Positions 10,501-16,669 of a DNA stretch of 33,322 nt are shown in pieces (the stretch's first letter is position 1; each line of letters begins with the position of its first letter). This stretch comes from Candidatus Paceibacter sp. Lineage in GTDB: Bacteria; Patescibacteriota; Minisyncoccia; UBA6257; HR35. The notes under the pieces are model-generated. The model did not search any database. It was not told where the DNA came from and saw only the letters and a program-made list of their open reading frames with translations. The DNA is taken from positions 1 through 33,322 of the forward strand of contig JAGDVT010000033.1 of assembly GCA_023255765.1 (NCBI GenBank), in the 5' to 3' direction. A program made the position numbers and the translations under genes.

Positions 10501-10861
10501 TATCAGCATTAACTTCTTTCGCACCAACAGGCACTTTACCAAATAAACCCTCCACAAAACTTCCAACTAAATCCATGGCTAATCCTGTTATTACACCCCT
10601 TATCAATTCTTCTAAAAAAGATGGCGGCTTTTCTTCAAATCCTGCAAAATTTTCAAATTCACTTATATATTCAACTGTTTCAGTTGCTGCTTCAAGTTCC
10701 TCTATTTTTATATATTGAGGAGGCTCACATCTTAATTTGTAAGAAGAAAAATCTACTTTATTTTGATTGTCTTGCTCGTTATTTTGAGCAAAAATTAAAT
10801 CTACTTTTATGCTTAAATTCAATAAACTTATAATAATGAAAAATATAAAAATTTTTTTCAT
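7586..10861 (-). CDS. Large secreted coiled-coil protein with scattered cysteines, function unknown
   Basis: 1091 aa; signal peptide ending IFA-Q; long heptad-like stretches; 4-nt overlaps with both neighbours. Confidence 0.7.
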   Translation of the reverse strand: MKKIFIFFIIISLLNLSIKVDLIFAQNNEQDNQNKVDFSSYKLRCEPPQYIKIEELEAATETVEYISEFENFAGFEEKPPSFLEELIRGVITGLAMDLVGSFVEGLFGKVPVGAKEVNADIRNSIKESTKNVLASIKASIQLAIKDAIEYFKFKLINKINDLIYNKILGNFIKDINAYRNFRLFLAQQKALTRILNKYKNLQCIPEELKGCLDGILGNILLSGRNILSESENSGKLIRYFDSFIKYQKINILEKRVCEPEEEILVYKDLGLENPISETEEEGSVYALNSKPNKLIAKVEGKSTNVFANIFKIINPKNLVAQFYTNQNLSMSNIIYFDINEIINREIHSRNCSWLLSSDFANILRELDKEKEKLDIESSQPGGLVFKPKSECIKTWSEVEKEELTRQINEAMDRGDEKKADELYRKLAEVDKRIEQEKNITGEDPRCAISGPTISSPSDYEKLKEQILTSPLDFFKSQERAATVLASFVRTWIATKLFNIIDKGFASLESRKSKNEIITDIKNAYSSQRIENICKKTEVLSVKGFSDMCKQTLQSQGKTITDLMTSDIKNESSKLVKILSSFQNISDKLNENNATITNLLQEIENNNYRDKISESNLGSLYNLQENNNTLVSELNSIIGSLDQASSTLSDLSKITLELRNATITNLENQIASTTAEIERLNKEVEQTFNEFNRKISEIFDKFSYAYGSKISQFFEDYLDLEKGGISNFPLEYIFVNGDMVGENPNYTLCSPSLGNREKLSFFSDFYPTHILNCLRGKSYEEIKSRFENSTLGIDFYYYKTRINGSSDARISTYFIVHDLIYIFYSLYNSPAKKSGIQSESFLASINNLLTKLTAQNVLSEKISQEIDRIYDYFDSLNNYASSTIKYAKDKGIYDYEIGIAKKNKSLNQAEGKAIILRLGETLEFIYQLSQGYKEAIEIIKNRSSQDIEFWNKLQKLNELKAKLEELNKQLDKEKGKIWDEYLSKLSNEEINQISSVLENNIDKINDIMDREYELCKSYNEIVQKIEDEINSSISQSQSQQEEESLPQEEPTSQIQKESRISLIKRIFEITKNLFASIFNVFNIFKPKRIIIK

Positions 10862-11499
10862 AATTTTTCAATTAATTTTTCTTGTAAATCCGATAAATTA
10901 TTTAAAATAGACATTAAAATAAAAGATTGCTCACTATCATTTGTTGATGCTAAGTTATTTAACGTAAGTCCCATTAATGAAAGAATAAAAGTTTCTGCTC
11001 TATGAAAATCATAATATTCTTTAGGAACCTCTATTTTAGAGAAATCCTCTGCTATTGATAAAATAAGTTCTCCAGAGTTTTTGATAGATTCTTTATTGTC
11101 GAAATCAATTTGAATAAATTTAAGCTTGTTTAAAACATTTTTTACTTCATTAGCATATTCTTTTAAGTTTTTATCATTCTTTATTTTTATATTATTAATA
11201 TATCTAGCTGTAAGTTCAATTAAATTTGCCTCTAATTCAATTTTTTTATTTTGTAATTTAAGTTTTTCTAATTTATTTGCAAAATATAATTCTTTTGCAA
11301 TTTTTTTATCAGGTGTTTCTAAAAATTTAATTACTTCTTTAAATTCTGGGGGAGCTGACTCTAATATTTCTTTATATTTATTTTTATCTTCTTTTTCAGA
11401 TAATTTTATATTCTTTTTAATATTAAAAAATCCAATAATAGTTATAATTAGAAAAATAAAAATTATTACTGCTCCAATTAAAACCTTTTTGTTTTTCAT
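10858..11499 (-). CDS. Hypothetical membrane-anchored helical protein
   Basis: 213 aa; single N-terminal TM; starts 4 nt after tRNA-Thr. Confidence 0.65.
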   Translation of the reverse strand: MKNKKVLIGAVIIFIFLIITIIGFFNIKKNIKLSEKEDKNKYKEILESAPPEFKEVIKFLETPDKKIAKELYFANKLEKLKLQNKKIELEANLIELTARYINNIKIKNDKNLKEYANEVKNVLNKLKFIQIDFDNKESIKNSGELILSIAEDFSKIEVPKEYYDFHRAETFILSLMGLTLNNLASTNDSEQSFILMSILNNLSDLQEKLIEKL

Positions 11500-11503
11500 A
11501 TTG

Positions 11504-11575
11504 AGCCAGCAGCGGGATTCGAACCCGCAACCTACTCCTTACGAAGGAGCCGCTCTACCATTGAGCTATGCTGGC
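11504..11575 (-). tRNA. tRNA-Thr(CGU), CCA not encoded
   Basis: Cloverleaf: GCCAGCA TA GCTC AATGGTA GAGC G GCTCC TT-CGT-AA GGAGT AGGTT GCGGG TTCGAAT CCCGC TGCTGGC T. Confidence 0.95.
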
Positions 11576-11598
11576 CTATTAAAATAATTTTAAAATAA

Positions 11599-11877
11599 TC
11601 AAAAATTTTCTGGTAATATAATAACTTTTTCTCCGGGTTCTACCAAATTAAACTTTTCTTTTAATTCTTTTTTTAAATTTTCTGGATCAGATAAATATTC
11701 CAATTTTCTTTTTAATTCTTTATTTTCTTTTTCTAGTCTATCTACGTAATTTTTATACAATCTATATTCCTCTTTTAATGGTTTATTTACTCTTTTTTCC
11801 TTTATTATTAAATATCCTAAATATATAACTATAATAAATTGAAAAATTAAAATAAATTTAATAAACCTATCAGACAT
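11599..11877 (-). CDS. Septum formation initiator family (FtsB/DivIC-like)
   Basis: TM, then coiled coil, then LSDPENLKKELKEKFNLVEPGEKVI. ATG at 11877 preferred over TTG at 11883. Confidence 0.75.
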   Translation of the reverse strand: MSDRFIKFILIFQFIIVIYLGYLIIKEKRVNKPLKEEYRLYKNYVDRLEKENKELKRKLEYLSDPENLKKELKEKFNLVEPGEKVIILPENF

Positions 11878-12205
11878 TTTCAAAAATTTTAATTTTTATT
11901 TTCTCTCCGAACATTATAGTAATTAAACATCTTTTATATTCATCAATTCTATTTCTGTTTACATAATGCAAGATAATCTTTTCTAACCTTTCTTGTTTAT
12001 TTCTATTGTAATGAAAAGAAGGATCAACTATATTGTTTTTCTTTCCTGATTTCACTTCAAAAAAATAATAAATATTATCTTTTAATGCAATTATATCTAT
12101 CTCCCCATATCTTTTAATCCAATAATTTGTTTTTATTATTTTATATCCTTTTTTAGTCAAAAATTTTTTCGCTATTTTTTCTGCTAAATTACCTAAATTA
12201 CGCAT
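11870..12205 (-). CDS. yraN: YraN family (UPF0102) nuclease-like protein
   Basis: LGNLAEKIA...GYKII.TNY...GEIDIIA...FFEVK motif. Confidence 0.88.
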   Translation of the reverse strand: MRNLGNLAEKIAKKFLTKKGYKIIKTNYWIKRYGEIDIIALKDNIYYFFEVKSGKKNNIVDPSFHYNRNKQERLEKIILHYVNRNRIDEYKRCLITIMFGEKIKIKIFENV

Positions 12206-12207
12206 TT

Positions 12208-12693
12208 TTAATAAAAAAATTTTCTATACCAAATTTCCCATAAAGGTATTGATTCTTCGTACTCATCTAAAAATTGATTTAATGTTTCTCTAATTTCTTC
12301 TACATCTAAATAAAATTCAAGAGGGATTGATTGTCCTATTTTCATAAAACCTTTTGGTACAAAATATATAAAATATCTATCACCGCCTTGAAAAATTTCA
12401 AATCCAAGAATATCATCCCATTTATAAAATTTATTATTCACATATAACCCTTCATTATTTATTTTTATTCTCAACTCTTTTGGTTCATAAAATGCAGGAT
12501 GAAAAAAGAAAAATAAAGCAATAAAAGAAATCACAAGATATAAAAAATCTTTAACTATTATTGAATATAAAATAGAAGCTCCTACTACAATTCCCCAAAA
12601 TAAATGCCATAATATATCTCCGTAAGGATGTTCATAATGAGATAAGGTTGTCCAGGAATATTCGAATTTTGGTATATTTTTATTTAAAGCCAT
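12208..12693 (-). CDS. Hypothetical membrane protein (2 TM plus a PH-like beta domain)
   Basis: 161 aa; TM pair followed by INNEGLYVNNKFYKWDDI. Confidence 0.6.
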   Translation of the reverse strand: MALNKNIPKFEYSWTTLSHYEHPYGDILWHLFWGIVVGASILYSIIVKDFLYLVISFIALFFFFHPAFYEPKELRIKINNEGLYVNNKFYKWDDILGFEIFQGGDRYFIYFVPKGFMKIGQSIPLEFYLDVEEIRETLNQFLDEYEESIPLWEIWYRKFFY

Positions 12694-12715
12694 ATTTTAT
12701 TAATTAAAATACTTG

Positions 12716-12733
12716 ATTATAATTATAAAATAA
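12716..12733. promoter_or_regulatory. Putative bidirectional promoter (overlapping -10 boxes) between leuS and the divergent operon
   Basis: Perfect palindrome TTATAATTATAA at 12717-12728. TATAAT occurs on + at 12718-12723 and on - at 12721-12716 and 12727-12722, within a 39-nt divergent gap. Confidence 0.5.
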
Positions 12734-15150
12734 TGAGTTATCCGTTTAAAAAAATAGAAAAAAAGTGGCAAAAAGTTTGGGCTAAGAATAATTACAAAAT
12801 TTGGCATGCTAAAGACTTTAAAGGCAAGAAAATATATATTTTAGATATGTTTCCTTATCCTTCCGGAGATGGACTGCATGTTGGTCATGTTCTTGGATAT
12901 ACAGGCACAGATATTTTATCTAGATACTATAGAATGAAAGGATATAATGTGCTTCATCCTATGGGATGGGATGCATTTGGATTGCCTGCTGAAAATTATG
13001 CAATAAAAATGAAAAAGAATCCTATGACATTTGTGCCTAAAAACATCAAAAGATATAAAATGCAGATGAATATGATAGGGTTAAGCTATGATTGGCAAAG
13101 AGAAATAAATACTACTGACCCAGAATATTATAAATGGACACAATGGATGTTTTTAAAAATGTTTGAAAAAGGTTTGGTGTACGAAAAGCTAGCTCCTATA
13201 AATTTTTGTCCTTCGTGCAAAACAGGTTTAGCAAACGAAGAAGTAATTGGAGGTAGATGTGAAAGATGCGGCTCTAAAACTGAAACAAAATATTTAAATC
13301 AATGGCATATAAAAATAACAGCATATGCAGATAGATTACTTGAAGACTTAGAAGAATTAAATTGGCCAGAAAATGTAAAAGAAATGCAAAGAAATTGGAT
13401 AGGAAAAAGCGAAGGATATGAAATTGACTTCAAAATAGTAGGTTATGACTATAAAATAACTATCTTTACTACCAGATTAGATACTATATTCGGAGTTACA
13501 TTTTTAGTTTTAGCCCCAGAGCATCCATTATGTTTGAAGATTGCAAAAGAAGACTATTATTTTAATGTTGAAAATTATATAGAAAATGCATTAAAAAAAC
13601 CAGAAAGAGAAAGAAAAACAGAGGAAGAAGTTACTGGTGTATTTACCGGCTCTTATGCTATACATCCATTAACAGGTGAAAAAGTTCCTATATGGATTAG
13701 CGATTATGTTTTATTTACTTATGGAACAGGTGCGATAATGGGAGTGCCTGGCCATGACTCAAGAGATTACGATTTTGCTAAAAAATTTAGCTTAAAAATA
13801 ATTCCAGTAATAGGCCCAGAAAAAGGCAAAGAACCAGAAAATCTTCCATATGAAGAATATGGCTATCTTATAAATTCATTTGATTATAATGATTTAGATT
13901 CCAAAACAGCAATTCAAAAAATAGGAGAAGAGTTAGAAAAGAGAGGTATAGCTAAAAAAGCAATATATTATAAATTAAGAGATTGGATTTTTTCAAGGCA
14001 AAGATATTGGGGGGAACCGATCCCTCTTGTAAGATGTCCTAAATGTGGGATAGTGCCGTTAAGTGAAAAAGATTTGCCATTAAAATTACCAAAAGTAAAA
14101 AATTATGAACCAACTGGTACAGGAGAATCTCCTCTAAAAAATATATCTAAATGGGTTAAAACAAAATGTCCAAAATGTAAAGGACCAGCAGAAAGAGAAA
14201 CTCATACAATGCCTCAATGGGCAGGTTCTTGTTGGTATTATTTAAGGTATATAGATCCTAAAAACAAAAAACAATTTGCTGACAAGAAAAAATTAAAGTA
14301 TTGGTTACCAGTAGATATATATGTAGGAGGAGTTGAGCATGCTGTTTTACATCTTCTCTATGCAAGATTTTGGCATAAGTTTTTATATGATTTAGGATTA
14401 GTTCCTACAAAAGAGCCATTTATGAAATTAGTTAATCAAGGCTTAATTTTAGGACCTGATCATGAAAAAATGTCAAAATCAAGAGGAAATGTAATAATCC
14501 CAGACGATATAGTTAAAAAATATGGAGCAGATACTTTAAGAATGTATGAAATGTTTATGGGACCATTTGAAGATGTAAAGCCATGGGATACTCAAGGAAT
14601 ATTAGGAATTCATAGATTTTTAAATAAAATATGGATAATTTCTAAAAAAATTAAAAAAGACAAAATAAAGAAGGAAAAGGATAACGAAATATTAACCGAA
14701 ATTAATAAATTAATTAAAAAAGTAAGCGAAGACATTGAGAATTTTAAATTTAATACAGCAATAAGTTCTATGATGGAATTTGTTAATTTCATATCTGATA
14801 AAAAAGTATCTATAGAAACATGGATGAAATTTGTGAAATTACTATTTCCATTTGCCCCACATTTAGCACAAGAAATTTGGTCAATGTTTGGGAACAAAAA
14901 GCTTTTAGATTATGAAAAATGGCCTGAATATGAAGAAAAATATATAAAAGAAAAACATATAAAATTAATAATCCAAATAGATGGGAAGAAGAGAGATGAA
15001 ATCGAAATAGAAGAAACTGCACTAGATTTTGATAAGATTAAAAACTTAGTATTAAACAGAGAAAGAATAAAGAAATTTATAAAAGACAAAAAAATAGATA
15101 AAATTATTTTTGCTCAAAATAAAATAATCAATATAGTAACAAAAAGTTAA
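12733..15150 (+). CDS. leuS: Leucine--tRNA ligase
   Basis: MFPYPSGDGLHVGH, TTRLDT and GTGAIMGVPGHD (editing domain), SRQRYWG, KMSKS. Confidence 0.97.
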   Translation: MSYPFKKIEKKWQKVWAKNNYKIWHAKDFKGKKIYILDMFPYPSGDGLHVGHVLGYTGTDILSRYYRMKGYNVLHPMGWDAFGLPAENYAIKMKKNPMTFVPKNIKRYKMQMNMIGLSYDWQREINTTDPEYYKWTQWMFLKMFEKGLVYEKLAPINFCPSCKTGLANEEVIGGRCERCGSKTETKYLNQWHIKITAYADRLLEDLEELNWPENVKEMQRNWIGKSEGYEIDFKIVGYDYKITIFTTRLDTIFGVTFLVLAPEHPLCLKIAKEDYYFNVENYIENALKKPERERKTEEEVTGVFTGSYAIHPLTGEKVPIWISDYVLFTYGTGAIMGVPGHDSRDYDFAKKFSLKIIPVIGPEKGKEPENLPYEEYGYLINSFDYNDLDSKTAIQKIGEELEKRGIAKKAIYYKLRDWIFSRQRYWGEPIPLVRCPKCGIVPLSEKDLPLKLPKVKNYEPTGTGESPLKNISKWVKTKCPKCKGPAERETHTMPQWAGSCWYYLRYIDPKNKKQFADKKKLKYWLPVDIYVGGVEHAVLHLLYARFWHKFLYDLGLVPTKEPFMKLVNQGLILGPDHEKMSKSRGNVIIPDDIVKKYGADTLRMYEMFMGPFEDVKPWDTQGILGIHRFLNKIWIISKKIKKDKIKKEKDNEILTEINKLIKKVSEDIENFKFNTAISSMMEFVNFISDKKVSIETWMKFVKLLFPFAPHLAQEIWSMFGNKKLLDYEKWPEYEEKYIKEKHIKLIIQIDGKKRDEIEIEETALDFDKIKNLVLNRERIKKFIKDKKIDKIIFAQNKIINIVTKS

Positions 15151-15506
15151 AAGCCTAAAGCGCTTCCATAACCAGTTATAGTACCTATAGTAAATATTGG
15201 AATTGGATGTGGAAATGCTGGTTTTAGGCATACCCCACCTGGTACCCACCAACCTAACATTTTAGTACCAGGCTTAGGAGGATAAATATAATTCAAATAT
15301 CTATTACTTCCTACGGGTACAAAATAAGGACCAGGTGGAATATTAACGAAATTCCCTGCAGGAGGTTGAACTTTTATCATTACTCCGCCATTTAAGCAAG
15401 GAAAAGGGAAAACAAAAACTACTCTTGGAGTACCAAAAGGAAGGCCTTGTGAAAAAGAAATAAAAGGAAGAAATAGAAATATAAATAAAAACAAAATTTT
15501 TTTCAT
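15147..15506 (-). CDS. Small secreted Pro/Gly-rich protein with two cysteines
   Basis: 119 aa; signal peptide MKKILFLFIFLFLPFISFS; starts 4 nt after tRNA-Ile; shares TTAA stop with leuS. Confidence 0.65.
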   Translation of the reverse strand: MKKILFLFIFLFLPFISFSQGLPFGTPRVVFVFPFPCLNGGVMIKVQPPAGNFVNIPPGPYFVPVGSNRYLNYIYPPKPGTKMLGWWVPGGVCLKPAFPHPIPIFTIGTITGYGSALGF

Positions 15507-15510
15507 AATG

Positions 15511-15582
15511 TGCGGCTGGGAGGATTCGAACCTCCGACCTGGTGTTTATAAGACACCCGCTCTGCCACTGAGCTACAGCCGC
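15511..15582 (-). tRNA. tRNA-Ile(UAU), CCA not encoded
   Basis: Cloverleaf: GCGGCTG TA GCTC AGTGGCA GAGC G GGTGT CT-TAT-AA ACACC AGGTC GGAGG TTCGAAT CCTCC CAGCCGC A; all stems perfectly paired. Confidence 0.92.
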
Positions 15583-15600
15583 CTTTATATTAATTATAAC

Positions 15601-15972
15601 TTATTCTAGTTCAATTTTTTTAATTGTATCGCTTTTAAGCTTTGGAATTCTTATCATTAAAATACCATCTTTTAATGAAGCTTTAATATTATCTATATCA
15701 ACATCTTTTGGTAAAATAATAGTTTTTGAGAAAGGACCCCAATAACATTCTCTATAAAGATAATCTGTAATTTTAGGATTTTCAGGTGGCAACCTTTTTC
15801 CTCTTATTATAAGCATATCACCATGTACTAAAATTTCTATATCATTCATAGTAACTCCAGAAATAGGAGAAACTATTACAAGTTCATTATCTTTTATATA
15901 AACATCAACAGCTAATTGACCTTCAGTTTCTTCTTCTAAATTAATTGGATGTGTATGTTCCCAATCTGCCAT
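15601..15972 (-). CDS. Hsp20/alpha-crystallin small heat shock protein
   Basis: AVDVY...LIIRGKR...ECYWGPFSKTIILP...IKASLKDGILMIRIPK. Confidence 0.92.
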   Translation of the reverse strand: MADWEHTHPINLEEETEGQLAVDVYIKDNELVIVSPISGVTMNDIEILVHGDMLIIRGKRLPPENPKITDYLYRECYWGPFSKTIILPKDVDIDNIKASLKDGILMIRIPKLKSDTIKKIELE

Positions 15973-16669
15973 TTTTTACTTTTATTATTTTGAATTCTAT
16001 TAATGTAACAAAAAATACTGCCCAAAGTATGGGGAAGATTAAAAGCCTTACATCATCTCTAATTATAAATATATTATATAAAAAATGCAAAAAAGCTGCC
16101 ATAAAAAAAGAATAAATAAAAGGCAATAACCTACGAGTCTTAAAAGAAACTGCATATCCAAAGCCTATCAAGACAGATGCTAACATGTGCAAAAAATTAG
16201 CTCCTAAAAACCTTAAAATAGAAACAGATATGCCTAATAAATAAACATTAGCTTCTGAGGGTGGATTTATCATTACAGAACAAATATTTAAATAAGTTTC
16301 AATAAAGCCAAAACCAAGTCCAGCAAATCCCATATATATCATAGCATCTATAGGTTCATCAAAATATCTTGTTGTAAAAATAAATAAAAAAATTAAAAAA
16401 AATTTTAAAAATTCCTCGATGATGGCTGAAAGGGCATAATATGAATAATTAGATTCAGTGAAATATTGGTAAATTTTCGCTTCTGCAAAGTAACTTAAAA
16501 TAGCAGACATCAGACCTAATATGATAGCAAATAAAAGCATAAATTTTGGTTCAGGATGGTCATCTTCTAAATATATAAATTCCCACCAAATCCATATAGG
16601 TATTAATGATGTTAAAAATATAAAAGTGAAATTTGGAAAAAAACAAGAAATTAAATTTGCTGTGGCCAC
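15941..16669 (-). CDS. prsW: PrsW family intramembrane glutamic/metallo-protease
   Basis: HPEP, AIIEEFLK, GLGFGFIET, LHM and LHFLYN motifs. GTG start is uncertain. Confidence 0.85.
   Translation of the reverse strand: MATANLISCFFPNFTFIFLTSLIPIWIWWEFIYLEDDHPEPKFMLLFAIILGLMSAILSYFAEAKIYQYFTESNYSYYALSAIIEEFLKFFLIFLFIFTTRYFDEPIDAMIYMGFAGLGFGFIETYLNICSVMINPPSEANVYLLGISVSILRFLGANFLHMLASVLIGFGYAVSFKTRRLLPFIYSFFMAAFLHFLYNIFIIRDDVRLLIFPILWAVFFVTLIEFKIIKVKNGRLGTYTSN

Noticed and set aside
1..11575. Integrative conjugative element inserted at tRNA-Thr
   Set aside because: No integrase next to the tRNA, no relaxase, no att duplication in view, composition matches core genes; cannot be fully excluded beyond the left edge.
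11126..11587. 153-aa plus-strand ORF
   Set aside because: Antisense shadow of the 213-aa gene and tRNA-Thr; F/L/S/I-rich composition typical of reverse-strand reading.
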